From Candidatus Spechtbacteria bacterium (GTDB lineage: Bacteria > Patescibacteriota > Minisyncoccia > Spechtbacterales > JACPHP01), in the NCBI GenBank assembly GCA_016188605.1, contig JACPHP010000015.1, forward strand, positions 18,833-82,832: a DNA stretch of 64,000 nucleotides, in the 5' to 3' direction. Under the pieces are notes generated by a model. It made no database searches. It saw only the letters and a list, made by a program, of their open reading frames with translations, and was not told the origin of the DNA. This document shows, piece after piece, positions 31,101 to 41,344 of the stretch. The translations under genes were made by a program, and so were the position numbers. Each line of letters begins with the position of its first letter. Position 1 is the first letter of the stretch.

Positions 31101-31429
31101 GGAAATTCACCCAAATACACCTCCTGCTCTTTTATTTCACCTGTTCGCTTGTTGTGAAGTTTCAAACGAACTCGTAGTGGCGCCTCGTATGAAGCATTGT
31201 GCTCACGAGCAGTCAGCTCCGTATATTTAAAATCATCTAAATGGTACTCACCAAACCACAATTCCAAATCTTTTTCGCCATAATCACGGATAGGAGAAAT
31301 CTCATCAAATAGCTCCTGCAAACCCTCTTTCCAAAACCAATCGTATGACTGGCGCTGAATCTCCAGCAAGTTTGGCAGAGGCATTTCGCGATAAGTATGG
31401 TGAGAGAAACTTTTCACACGTGTTGCCAT
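28121..31429 (-). CDS. rpoB: RNA polymerase beta subunit
   Basis: GDKVAGRHGNKG, GGQRFGEMEVWALE, QLSQFMD. Confidence 0.98.
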   Translation of the reverse strand: MATRVKSFSHHTYREMPLPNLLEIQRQSYDWFWKEGLQELFDEISPIRDYGEKDLELWFGEYHLDDFKYTELTAREHNASYEAPLRVRLKLHNKRTGEIKEQEVYLGEFPLMTTRGTFMVNGVERVIVSQLIRSPGAFFTSQNWHGIQLFGSKIIPNRGAWLEFETDPAGFLAVKIDRRRKVPVSMLLRAMSGVLSRETGKKEKGKENGAKKQAFLPMETDDQIRAAFAKVDINPSAKYIEETLAHDTAKTADEAIIEIYKRVRPGDLATIDNAKNLFENMFFNFDRYDLSRVGRWKLDQRLAGAYEMLGITPPKTQEYTKEQRVLLMEDVIGVIAEIIRMNNDPEAHPDDIDHLGNRRVRAAGELLQNRLRIGLTRMERIIRDRMSTLDVYTLTPAQLINPRPFMAIVKEFFTTGQLSQFMDNPNPLAELEHKRRLSATGPGGLTRERAGFDVRDVQPSHYGRICPIQTPEGPNIGLVGHLASYARLNEYGFIETPYYKVENGRVTNEMEYLNALQEERAAIASSATRVGEDGKIFDAQVSARVKGTPVAIDKKSVQYIDVSPTQSISVATSLIPFLEHDDANRALMGSNMQRQAVPCVRPEAPLVGTGMEDRVAQDSGLVVLADDDGEIEEADGRRIVLKTSASSLSKGKTFTYILNTFMRSNQYTVIHQRALVKPGDKVKSGQVLADASSVKDGVLSLGKNILVAFIPWRGGNFEDAVLISERLVRNDTFSSIHIEDFMIDVRETKLGPEVTTCDIPNVGEDKLKDLDEEGIVRIGAEVGPGDILVGKISPKGEADLTAEERLLRAIFGEKARDVKDTSLTMPHGKRGRVVGVKIFSRDNGDRLSAGVIKSIQIEIAELRNIGAGDKVAGRHGNKGVISRVLPVEDMPFLPDGTPVDIILNPLGVPSRMNIGQILETHLGWAAHELDYRAITPVFSGAIEEDISNELEKAGLPKDGRITLYDGRTGLPFEQKVTVGYMYILKLIHMVEDKIHMRSIGPYSLITQQPLGGKAQFGGQRFGEMEVWALEGYGSAYTLQEMLTIKSDDVMGRAAAYESIIKNEALKRPNFLESFNVLVSELKSLGLQVEVETKKSDQGLEEK

Positions 31430-31996
31430 AGAAATAATTTAATAATTATTTACAGATATAGAACAATGAAATATCGTGGCTTCATTGTCTCATTGCTTCA
31501 TTGTTTCATTGTTGGCTTCATTGATAGAAAATAGAAATACAAAAAAGACACCAAAACCCGGCCCTCGTTGGTCGGGTTATTAAATATTCAATTTAAGACT
31601 GATACTGGTTCACGTGTAGATAAAAATGTGAACGTTTATTATTCTCGTATCTTACATGAGCTAGAAAAATATGTCAAGACTTCTGATTGTTACTGCGCAC
31701 ACCCTCTCATAACTGGCTTTACGTTGAGGTTAAACCTTACCAGATTACATTGTTCCATTGCTCTATCGTTACATTGTTACATTGTTGCATGGTTTCATGG
31801 TTACATAAACAATGAAACAATGGAGCAATGAAGGGGAAATGTAACGGTCGGCAATAACTGCTCATGCGTCTTCAAAAATGGTTTATGTAAGCCAAATCAT
31901 TATCCGGGGGTGTGAGCAGTTGCTTCGGGCTATGCTTACCGCCTATGTGCTATCGCCGCGCGGGCAGTTGTCGGTAGTCGGCTAGCAAGCAACACA

Positions 31997-34489
31997 TTAA
32001 AGCCCCGAAGGGGACTTGCTATCCTCCTGCGAAACAGGCTCTTCGATGCGCTGATCAAGTGGCGGTGTTATCCCGTCTAGGGCTCCTCTGCCCTGTTGCA
32101 AGTTATCTACAATTTTTTTGACCTCGCTATTATCCGGGTTAAGTTCTGCCACTTTTTGAAATTGTTCCAGCGCCTTTTGCCCCATGTCCTGTTTATCATA
32201 TATAACACCAAGAAAATAACGCGCGTTGGAATAGTTGGGTGATAATGTTATCGCCTTTTTAAACTGCTGTTGTGCTTTCGCGATCTGATCGTCAAAATAG
32301 TACAGCACGCCTAATTGATATATTACACCAATATCTTGAGGATTTATTTCCTGCGCCTTAATTGTCTTTTCAATAGCAAGCGAACGATTGCCCTGCCTGT
32401 CATATATTTGCGCGGCGAGAAAATGCGCGGGCGCGTAATCACTCTTCTTTTCAATGGCTTTATTCACGTAATCAATCGCATTGTTAAGATAGTCTGATTT
32501 TTGCTGACGCGCCTTAGCAACATCATCTTGCGAACCCTGTTGCGCTGAAAGCCGTTTTATCACCATTTCAATCTTATCCGCGCTGTTTACATAGGTTTGC
32601 GCGACCAATAAATCAGCGGCAGGATTTTTGGGATCAAGCTGTTCTGCCTTTATATAGTTATCAATTGCCAATGATTCCGCGCCTCCAACCGCAAAAAGAA
32701 CACTGTCGTAGATGGCGCCAAGCTGTTGTAAATTAAGCGAATCGATCGGATTTGCCTGAATAGCAAGCTGCGCGAATTGCGTTGCGGGAGTAAACTTCTG
32801 CTCAAAACTCTTCTGAAGATTATTAGAATCGCCGCCAGAATTTTTCTTGAGAACATCAATTGCCTGCAGAGCATATAGCTGAGCCAATGTTCGTAAAAAA
32901 TTATCGTTAGACGAGTCCAAATTAACTGCCAGTTGAACGCGAGATGTGGCTTTGTTCAAATCCTGATTGCTGTTATATATCTTTACACCAGAAGTATGAA
33001 TGGCGGCGGCCACATATTTTTGAACATGCCAATATGCAGTCATGATAATGAAAGTTAGGAGCACGATGGTAACAAGCGAAACTCCAAAAATACGCTGCGG
33101 CAAGCGCGCAAAATAGAAACTGTACTCGGTAATCGCGTTACCCGCCCGAAGGCTTGCGATAACAAGTCCGGCAAACAAAAAAGTAAATAATAGTGTTGTA
33201 AGGTCTGCCGTATAAAAGAATAGTGAGAATGTCAGGAAAACAAATCCCGCGAACGCAACAATAGCCGACTTTTCAAAGGGAGAAGCTTCCTTGTTAAGTG
33301 TCGTAATTCCACGCATGCTGACTGCAAGAATATAAGCCAATGTGCCGATAAATAACACTGTTCCGACCACACCTAACGAAACCAAAATTGTTGTAATGTA
33401 AGAAAACCCTTGCATAAATCGCAAGCCGAAAAATGCGGTCTGGTTAATTGTGAGTGGACGATATGCCAGATATTGGTACGTGAATGTAGCTGGTCCTGAA
33501 CCAAGTATTGCTTTTTTCCAACTTGAAGCGAAAGATTCTTTGGCAATTTGTATAGAGGAATTTAAGCTTGGGCTCACCCTTGCCGGCAAGGGTTGTATAA
33601 GATTTGCCATCGGAGGCCTCACGAAAAAAAGAACCGCGGAAATAATCATCAAGACAAGAAATACGCTATAACTCGGAAGCGCGTGCTCTTTTTGCTGCGC
33701 GGAAACAGGTTGCTTTAAGCTCTGCATAATCTGCCATGAGGCAACTATGGCAAACGCAACCATAAGACCCAGCCAAACAAATGGCGTGTTTATAAGCAGA
33801 AGCGTAGCCATTAAAACAAGCGCGAAACATCCAAATAAAATACGCAAATTCAACGAAAGGCGCAAGCTTGCCAAGATTCCAGAGACAACGACTAATCCTA
33901 ATCCAAGAAAAACTCCAAGATTTGGTATGGAGCCGATAAGATTGAAGGCGTTGCTTCGTGCAAAATCAAGAGGAATAATATATATGCCAAAAAATTGCAA
34001 CAAAGAATAAACCGCCACAACAACCGCGGACCCGCTGAACGCAAACAGCAAAGTTATTATATTTGCCAAATCCCTCACCCAAATAGGCACAAAGAATAAA
34101 GCGCCTAATATAAGGAGTGTGCCTAATAACGTGTCGGGCTGGCTATTATTACCCCAGATACTTACCACGGACGAAGTCGAAAAAATAGTTGAAATGCCAA
34201 CGAACGCGAAAAATCCCAACGCCGCAAACCAAAGCGATGTCTTGGGAACATCAATACGGCCGACAGCCAGTACCTTAGCCAGCCAAGCCCCTGCCATACA
34301 TAATATTGCCAAACCCACAAACAATTCTTTTGCGTCTTCAATTGGCTGAGCGGTGAATGGCAGAAACCAAATAGGTATCAGCCCGAAAAGAATATAGGCG
34401 CACGCAAGGCCCACCCTATCCCAAATCATACCTTTTATAACTGTGTTCTCAACGACATCCACTTTTGGTTCTATTGTAGTGTTTTTCAT
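31997..34489 (-). CDS. Polytopic membrane protein with C-terminal TPR repeats (O-antigen-ligase-like + TPR)
   Basis: ~12 TM helices, LGSGPATF loop, TPRs such as PNYSNARYFLGVIY. Confidence 0.8.
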   Translation of the reverse strand: MKNTTIEPKVDVVENTVIKGMIWDRVGLACAYILFGLIPIWFLPFTAQPIEDAKELFVGLAILCMAGAWLAKVLAVGRIDVPKTSLWFAALGFFAFVGISTIFSTSSVVSIWGNNSQPDTLLGTLLILGALFFVPIWVRDLANIITLLFAFSGSAVVVAVYSLLQFFGIYIIPLDFARSNAFNLIGSIPNLGVFLGLGLVVVSGILASLRLSLNLRILFGCFALVLMATLLLINTPFVWLGLMVAFAIVASWQIMQSLKQPVSAQQKEHALPSYSVFLVLMIISAVLFFVRPPMANLIQPLPARVSPSLNSSIQIAKESFASSWKKAILGSGPATFTYQYLAYRPLTINQTAFFGLRFMQGFSYITTILVSLGVVGTVLFIGTLAYILAVSMRGITTLNKEASPFEKSAIVAFAGFVFLTFSLFFYTADLTTLLFTFLFAGLVIASLRAGNAITEYSFYFARLPQRIFGVSLVTIVLLTFIIMTAYWHVQKYVAAAIHTSGVKIYNSNQDLNKATSRVQLAVNLDSSNDNFLRTLAQLYALQAIDVLKKNSGGDSNNLQKSFEQKFTPATQFAQLAIQANPIDSLNLQQLGAIYDSVLFAVGGAESLAIDNYIKAEQLDPKNPAADLLVAQTYVNSADKIEMVIKRLSAQQGSQDDVAKARQQKSDYLNNAIDYVNKAIEKKSDYAPAHFLAAQIYDRQGNRSLAIEKTIKAQEINPQDIGVIYQLGVLYYFDDQIAKAQQQFKKAITLSPNYSNARYFLGVIYDKQDMGQKALEQFQKVAELNPDNSEVKKIVDNLQQGRGALDGITPPLDQRIEEPVSQEDSKSPSGL

Positions 34490-34656
34490 ATAAATATAAT
34501 CAACGAATAACGAATCCTACACGAATATACGAATACTGCTTAGCCGATTCGTTTATTCGTAACAAATTCGTTATTCGTTGATGATCTGCTTGATGATATT
34601 AATAATAATCATAAAATCTTTAAGTCACTATTCTACAGTATAGCACAAACCCTCCC

Positions 34657-35772
34657 CTACTCTGCAATAGTCGCGTAAGAGAAAAAACTGTGCGATCTCA
34701 TAAAAATGCTTTGTAAGAAACCTAACGCTATAAAAGAGCTGACGATACTGCTTCCCCCGTAGCTTACAAATGGCAAGGGAATTCCAGTTATTGGCATAAC
34801 GCCTACATTCATTCCAATATTTACAAAAGATTGAGAAAACAGCATCATGGCAAAACCCATAGAGGTGAGGCGCGCAAAATTATTCGGAGAATTTTTGGCA
34901 AGCTGTATAATCCGCCATATTAGCAAGGCGAAAAGGAAAAGCACAAGGCCGGCACCGATTACGCCAAACTCCTCCGAGATGGCAGCGAAAATAAAATCCG
35001 TGTGCATTTCTGGCAAGAATCCGAATTGAGTTTGCGTACCGTGGCCTGCGCCCTGGCCTAGCCACCCGCCGGAGCCAACAGCCGTGATTGACTGGATTGC
35101 GTTGTAACCATTACCATGCGGATCTTTAGTTGGGTCGAGGAATGTCAATACGCGCGCCCTCTGATAGTCGTGCAAGCCAAAGCTCCACGCTAAAGAAATA
35201 AGCACTATCGCGCTAATAATAAGAATTACGATCTGCTTATAATTTATGCCAGCCACAAGCATGACGCCAATCCAAATGCTAACAATAATAATAAATGAGC
35301 CGAGCTCTGGCTGTAATATCACAAGGAAAGATGGGACTGCCGCATACAATCCGGAAACAATAATATGGCGAAAGCGATATATCTCTATATGGCGCATGGC
35401 AAAATATTTCGCCAGCAAAAGAACCAATGTAAGCTTTACAAACTCTATCGGAGTAATAACAAGGGGACCAATAACAAGCCAACTTTGCGCGCCTCTGATT
35501 GCAGACCCCACAATTAAAACAGTAGTAAGAAGAATGGCTCCAAGGATGTAAATGACTAAAACAGGCAATGAGTAATGACGAAAAATACGATAATCAATCG
35601 CGCTTATCGCGACAAATAGCACGATACCAAGCATTATCCATAAAAATTGATGTTCAAAAAAATTATAATCCCCGCGCGCGATATTAAACTGCGAAATTAA
35701 ACCGAGCGCCGCGAGTGAGATTGCGGCACCGACCATATACCAGTCGTAGCGCTTGAGTAATGATAGAATCAT
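34657..35772 (-). CDS. rodA: Rod shape-determining protein RodA (SEDS family)
   Basis: GAQSW, QPELG, LPEMHTDFIF, P.TGIPLPFVSYGGSS. Confidence 0.9.
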   Translation of the reverse strand: MILSLLKRYDWYMVGAAISLAALGLISQFNIARGDYNFFEHQFLWIMLGIVLFVAISAIDYRIFRHYSLPVLVIYILGAILLTTVLIVGSAIRGAQSWLVIGPLVITPIEFVKLTLVLLLAKYFAMRHIEIYRFRHIIVSGLYAAVPSFLVILQPELGSFIIIVSIWIGVMLVAGINYKQIVILIISAIVLISLAWSFGLHDYQRARVLTFLDPTKDPHGNGYNAIQSITAVGSGGWLGQGAGHGTQTQFGFLPEMHTDFIFAAISEEFGVIGAGLVLFLFALLIWRIIQLAKNSPNNFARLTSMGFAMMLFSQSFVNIGMNVGVMPITGIPLPFVSYGGSSIVSSFIALGFLQSIFMRSHSFFSYATIAE

Positions 35773-35854
35773 GAATGGTGAATCATGAATTGTGAATCAT
35801 GAATGGTGGGCCTAGTATTCATTATTCACTATTCATGATTCGCTATTCTAATTG

Positions 35855-36673
35855 TCAGCCTTTAATTAAATTATCCGCCAAAAAAAGATTAGAATTGACA
35901 TATATATCATATCGCTGAGCTTGCGCGGAAAATGGCGCCGACCAAAAAACCGTAAACGCTCTTTTCTGGCCGCTTGGAAGTGTCTGCATGTCAGAATGGT
36001 TTACGGCTATAGGATTATTTAAAGCATCAAAAACAACCATATCAACATCGATAAAGCGCAGACCATATGGTGAATTATTTGATACCACGCCAGATATTTT
36101 TGCAAATATATTAGAATCGCCTAGGGGCATTTCCAGCTTCTTTTGTTCAACAGAAAAACCGGGGTCAGTATATCCATCAATTTTCTTCCAGTCTACGTTA
36201 GTAATTTCGAAAGAAACACTGGCTGGATCTTGTGGAATCGCAATAGCCTGCCGCACGACGTATCTTGCGCCGTGAGGGAGTATATATGTTGTTCCTGTTA
36301 TGGCGCTAATCTCTTTGCCAGAATTATCAAGAATATGAAAAGCATAATCTATCTCCTGCCCGCCGTAAGTGTAGTTGAGATTTTCAATTGAGCTTGCAAG
36401 ATCATAAATTCCTTGCTTTTGACGAAAGATTTTTGCCCATTTAACATCAATTTTCTGCAAAAGCGTTTCTTCGGGTGTAAGGCAAGCAGAGCAAGCGCCG
36501 CCGCAATCCACGCCCGTTTCGTTTTGGTTTTGGATTTTGTCAAAACATGTACCTACATAAACTTGTTTTGGCCAAAAGACAAAAGCTAGCGCGCCCACGG
36601 CGAGGAAAAAAATTATATACGTGGCGCCTATAACAATTCTTTTTTCTATGCGGTTTAACATTTGTAATTTCAA
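35855..36673 (-). CDS. Membrane-anchored hypothetical protein with Cys-rich motif
   Basis: TM helix followed by CFDKIQNQNETGVDCGGACSAC. Confidence 0.75.
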   Translation of the reverse strand: MKLQMLNRIEKRIVIGATYIIFFLAVGALAFVFWPKQVYVGTCFDKIQNQNETGVDCGGACSACLTPEETLLQKIDVKWAKIFRQKQGIYDLASSIENLNYTYGGQEIDYAFHILDNSGKEISAITGTTYILPHGARYVVRQAIAIPQDPASVSFEITNVDWKKIDGYTDPGFSVEQKKLEMPLGDSNIFAKISGVVSNNSPYGLRFIDVDMVVFDALNNPIAVNHSDMQTLPSGQKRAFTVFWSAPFSAQAQRYDIYVNSNLFLADNLIKG

Positions 36674-36979
36674 AATTATTGAAGTTCAAAATTATTGAAG
36701 TTAAACTTCAACTAGCTAGTTGAAGTAGTTGAAGTTTAACTTCAATAATTCTTCCTTGCGCATTGTAATTGTATTTTACATTTACTATAGGAATTTGGAT
36801 AGATTGACCGTGTTAGAAATTAATGACAAATTTCTAAAATTAAAAATAGGGGGCTCGCTTTGTGCGAGCCCCCTATAAAGTATTGCGATTAAAAAACAAA
36901 AGGCGAGAGTAGAAACTCTCGCCTTTTAGTCTCCCGATCGGGAGACCTTGATCACCTCCTTTCTCTAGGCAGAGACGGA

Positions 36980-37905
36980 CTACCACGTCCCTGCCAAATC
37001 CCTATCCTCCCACGTCGCCGCCTCAACCCCAGAGGCGTCGGTGGCGACGTGATAGTAGTGGGACTTTGGCCCACCGTACAGCCGCCCGCTGTACGTGGTG
37101 CGGAACACCGCGCCGGCGGACATGAGCACGGCGAACTGTTCGCCGCTACCCATATTGCCGGCATCGCCCTGGGCGATCCGGCCGCGGGCCAATATCTGGC
37201 CCGGGAACGGCAGGAACGTGGGATTCGCCGGGGTGCTGGGCAACACTCCGGCGTCGGGGTGGGCATACGTCGAGGGCCCACCCCATATAGCCCCCTTAGT
37301 GGAGGTCACCAAAGTGACATCCACACCGCAGGCCGCGCAGTCCGCGGCCTCGTCCTCCGTGTAATACCCGTCGGCATCCTTGTGCCGCCGGGTGCCGTAG
37401 TTATTGGCAACCTGCCCTCGGCTAGGGCAGGAAACCTCACCGCGATCGCCTGTGTGGCTATTGCCGCCCCGGTACCCAATCGGGGTCGGCAGAACCACGA
37501 TGACCGCGTCCTCGCTCAGCGAGGCGCGGTCATCGACCGCGATCAGCTTCGGCGCGCCATTGCGCGTCGTGCCGATCCTCGCGGCCATGAGCCGCGAGGC
37601 CAGCACAGTCCCGCGATCGGCGGAGTGCGCCACGCGCGTGCCACCATCCGCCCGAGCGGAGGTGACAAACGCTTCCCCACACCGCGGGCACGTGCCCAAC
37701 GGCGTGGGGATTGCGGTGATACTGCCCCGGTCTGGGCAGGGCCGCATCGGGACGTTCTCCACGGCCAGAAGGCCGAGAGTGCGCCCCCGACCCGCTTCGC
37801 CAACGGCCACGACTGGGGGATAGTCGTGCCATTGGCAAGCCGGTGCGCCGTGATGGCGCCGCCGGCCACGACCTTACCGCCCGCGGCGGTAAAAATACGA
37901 TACAT
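36980..37905 (-). pseudogene. High-GC foreign gene split by a frameshift
   Basis: SD GGAAAGGGG then ATG 37905 (MYRIFTAAGG...TTIP); continues in another frame (VAVGEAGRGR...) across a C5 run at 37815-37819. Confidence 0.55.
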
Positions 37906-38345
37906 GACTTGCCCCTTTCCTGCGAAGCCCAGCGCTTCTGCCGGCTCCGCCTCCCCCTCGCGTCCCATGACGCTAGTGAAATTTAAATTTAAAAATATAT
38001 GAATCTAAAAGCCCGACACACCAAGTGTCGGGCTTTGTCTGCATTATCCCGCAAGACAGGGGCTAGGCGTTTATTCAACCCACCGATGACTAAGCCCGTC
38101 TGTGGAAAAATACAGTTCTTTACAATCTCGTGAAGCCCACGAGCTATTGTAGCTACTCTGGTAATAGCCAATTTATGCCACAGTCCAGAATGAACCGTTG
38201 TCGAGGGGAAATCTATGATCATCCTAGTGGCCATAGAGTTTAACCACTACCACCCTATGGGCATAGTGAGAGAACCCGACTGTTCGTTCTAGATCACACC
38301 AACTGTCTGCCTGCGCTGTATGGGTGAGGCCTTAATCCGACTGAA

Positions 38346-38398
38346 AAAGTCAATAGCAAAAATCCTGCCAGTTAACTGGCAGGATTTTTGCTATTGAC
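38346..38398. terminator. Terminator-like perfect palindrome downstream of 5S
   Basis: GTCAATAGCAAAAATCCTGCCAGTTAACTGGCAGGATTTTTGCTATTGAC. Confidence 0.65.
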
Positions 38399-38412
38399 CC
38401 TATTCTAATCAT

Positions 38413-38527
38413 TCAACGGCGGCTACCTACTTTCCCGGGACGAACCAAGTATCATCGGCCTTGGAGCATTTCACTTCTGTGTTCGGAATGGGAACAGGTG
38501 GGACAACTCCAGTATCGCCGCCATTGA
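38413..38527 (-). rRNA. rrf: 5S rRNA
   Basis: CACCTGTTCCCATTCCGAACACAGAAGTGAA...GCCGATGATACT...GGAAAGTAGGT with paired ends. Confidence 0.95.
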
Positions 38528-38841
38528 ATGACTACAATAAAATATTCTTTGACGAAATAAACAATTAAGATTCTTTTATTGAAAAGAGCCTTGTAATTCT
38601 GCGGTTGCGCATCATACAAATAAAGTCGGATATACTTAGTACTGCTCGGCTTAATCCCTCTCGGGGCTTACACCTGCAGCCTATCAACCTGATAATCTTT
38701 CAGGAATCCTGAGTTCTAATCTTGGGGCGAGTTTCACGCTTATATGCTTTCAGCGTTTATCTCTTACGAACGTAGCTACCCAGCAATGCTCTTGGCAGAA
38801 CAACTGGTAGACCAGAGGTTCGCTCTCTCCGGTCCTCTCGT

Positions 38842-39700
38842 CACTTTTCCCCCTATTTCTAGGAGCGCAGACTATATCTTCATCCTCTCTAATTTTAATT
38901 AGAGTAGGAGTTGGCGTATTACCCATATGTCAGCGTATTCTTCCTTGTCAGCCTCTGCATGAATTACAAATAAATGTAATTCAACGCTTAGGCTGAGTGG
39001 AATACTTGCAGAACATATAAGTCGTTATGTTCGATTAATCTCAAACATAATCAGTCGTTACGGGGTTAAATCTAGAATTTTATACAATTCGCTTTTTGTT
39101 TTCTTCCTCTTAGTAACGTAATTTTCTCTTTGGATTACTAAGATAAAGTCAACAAGTTCTGCTAATTGCTTTTTTGTTAGCTGATTAAATTTTGTAGAGG
39201 CTAGAATTTCGCATGCTTTAAGTAATGCGGAAGCTTGAAGTTCCTTGAAACGAATATAAGGCAATAAATTTTTAAGAATATCTCTTATTTGCTTATAACC
39301 ATTTATCCGAAGCTCGGTCATCCCATCATTTCTTTTGGAAATATAACCGATTCTTAGAATTTCTTGTATCCAATACAAAGTTTTTTCATGTCTGGTGTCT
39401 TGATAAAAACAAATGACTGGCATAAATCGAATTCCGATTGCGCCATCCTTACGCTTTTTTATTTGAAGCATAAGACTTCCGTCTCCATCAAGGAAACCAG
39501 ATATGTACGCTAACTCAATTTTAGATCGACTTCCCACGGTATTATCTTATCACATTCTGGTCCTCAAGCAAATTCCGACATATCTAAGGACCGTGTGATA
39601 TGTTTTCTCATTCGAACCAAAATAATAATTAAGATTTCACCGTTATTAGCCAAATTGTCATCGCAAATTACTTCGCGAAGTAGCAGGGCCTTAAAGGCCT
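38842..39700 (-). mobile_element. Group I intron in 23S after U2656 (sarcin-ricin loop)
   Basis: Exons CCTAGT | ACGAGAGGACC; U-ending 5' exon, terminal G, IGS GCTA, P7 strand GAAGATATAGTCTG. Confidence 0.88.
39058..39537 (-). CDS. Single-motif LAGLIDADG homing endonuclease
   Basis: LAYISGFLDGDGS motif; inside the SRL intron. Confidence 0.92.
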   Translation of the reverse strand: MGSRSKIELAYISGFLDGDGSLMLQIKKRKDGAIGIRFMPVICFYQDTRHEKTLYWIQEILRIGYISKRNDGMTELRINGYKQIRDILKNLLPYIRFKELQASALLKACEILASTKFNQLTKKQLAELVDFILVIQRENYVTKRKKTKSELYKILDLTP

Positions 39701-39855
39701 ACTAGGAGAGACCCCCCTCAAAACTCGACGCCTGCAACAGATAGAGACCAACCTGTCTCACGACGGTTTGAACCCAGCTCGCGTACCGCTTTAATTGGCG
39801 AACAGCCAAACCCTTGGGAGCTTCTCCACCCCCAGGATGCGACGAGCCGACATCG

Positions 39856-40301
39856 CTGTCGAATTTTTTTGTGATCCATACTTTCATATGGCTTAGACTA
39901 TATCTTCATCTCGTCTCGGATACCAGTGTTAAATAACACATCATATCTCAATTTTTTTGACGAGAGTCGGCGTGTTGCCTTGCACTAAATGGCAAAGCCT
40001 CCCCTTTCGGGTCAGTCGTTACGGGGTTACAACCGGTGCCAATGCACCGGAAATCCCAAATCCCAATTTTCAATTTCCAATCAAATCCCAATTACTTAAA
40101 TCCCAAAACGTTTTGGTCATTAAATCATTTAGTCATTGATTGGTCATTGGAGTTTGGTCATTGGTCATTCCAGCACTTTGTGCTGGTCGAACTTCCCACG
40201 GTGTTGCCGGGCGACATGTCTCTATCATGTCACTGACGGGTTCTCCGTTATAAGCCGAATTTGTTGGTAGAGCATTGCTGCTCTAGCACCCCGATGTTTC
40301 A
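39856..40301 (-). mobile_element. Group I intron L2500, no ORF
   Basis: Exons GGCACCT | CGATGTCGG; IGS GGGGTGC, P10 ACATCG, GAAGATATAGTCTAA. Confidence 0.88.
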
Positions 40302-40434
40302 AGGTGCCAAACCGGGCCGTCGATATGGACTCGCGGGCCCGATTAGCCTGTTATCCCCAGGGTAACTTTTGTCTGATGATCTTCTCCTTTTCTATGAAAA
40401 AGAGTCGGTTCACTAAGTTCTGCTTTCGCAACTT

Positions 40435-40597
40435 GCCAATGCTCCGCATTGGCACACTGATATACACAGATACGAACACGGATATACACCGATTTTATCT
40501 GTGTTAATCCGTTTTCTTATCCACGTTAATCCGTGTGTCAGTGCGAAGCACTGACATCTTATACTCCCGCTTGATTTTACTCTCGAGGTTTCTAAGA
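40435..40597 (-). repeat. 23S insertion between H86 and H87 containing the 124-bp palindromic element
   Basis: Interrupts AAGCCGCGC | AGTTGCGAAAGCAG; 40435-40558 is identical to 44204-44327. Confidence 0.8.
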
Positions 40598-40693
40598 GCG
40601 CGGCTTACTTGCCTTGCAGTAAAGCCAGTTTGTGCCTTTACGCGACCACTCCGATTTCCATCCGGAGTTAACTGACCTTAATAAACGCCTCCG

Positions 40694-41344
40694 CTACAAT
40701 TTAGGCAATGTGTTCCCTAGCATTCCTAGCTTATACCGCATTGATGGCAAAATATATGGATCTATCAATTCTACAAATTTTTCAACCGTAGAACTGTTTA
40801 TATACAATTGCCAAAGGTTTCTCTGCGGCCGCAAATGTGTTTGAACACCAAATTTATTTTCCAATATCTTAATTAGTATAAGATTTTCTGCTTTGGAAAA
40901 ACTTTGCGTATTCAATATCAGCGCGCGATGATGCTTTGATTTTATTGAGCCATCATCCATAAACCAAACTGCTAATACTAATGGCGTGAGCCAACGTTCG
41001 ATCTGTCTCGGTAAAACTTTATGCTTATCTTTATAAAATTGTTGGGCATAAAATCTAAACGCTCCATGACTGATCGTTGAAAACCAATGTTCACGATATA
41101 TCCTATCAAATACAACATGTTGTTTTTCTTGAGGCGGGGTTAATACCCATTCTTTGAATTTTTCATATAACCAAAGAGTGTATTTTTCCTGCCAATATGC
41201 ATGTTCAATCTTCAAACGATAGGTACGTTCGTGATTTTGGGTTTCAAGATGTCCATCACCAAGTAGTACACCAATGAGAATCTCTTTCTGCCCCTCCGAT
41301 AACCGAAGCGTTTGTTTATACGCCTCAATCTTCTTTGATCTCAT
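40694..41344 (-). CDS. LAGLIDADG_2 (I-SceI-like) homing endonuclease
   Basis: LIGVLLGDGHL and LAVWFMDDGS motifs. Confidence 0.92.
   Translation of the reverse strand: MRSKKIEAYKQTLRLSEGQKEILIGVLLGDGHLETQNHERTYRLKIEHAYWQEKYTLWLYEKFKEWVLTPPQEKQHVVFDRIYREHWFSTISHGAFRFYAQQFYKDKHKVLPRQIERWLTPLVLAVWFMDDGSIKSKHHRALILNTQSFSKAENLILIKILENKFGVQTHLRPQRNLWQLYINSSTVEKFVELIDPYILPSMRYKLGMLGNTLPKL

Noticed and set aside
36950-36964. Displaced 16S 3' end (GATCACCTCCTTTCT)
   Set aside because: There is no other rRNA sequence around it; it is better read as an extended SD on the opposite strand of the foreign fragment.
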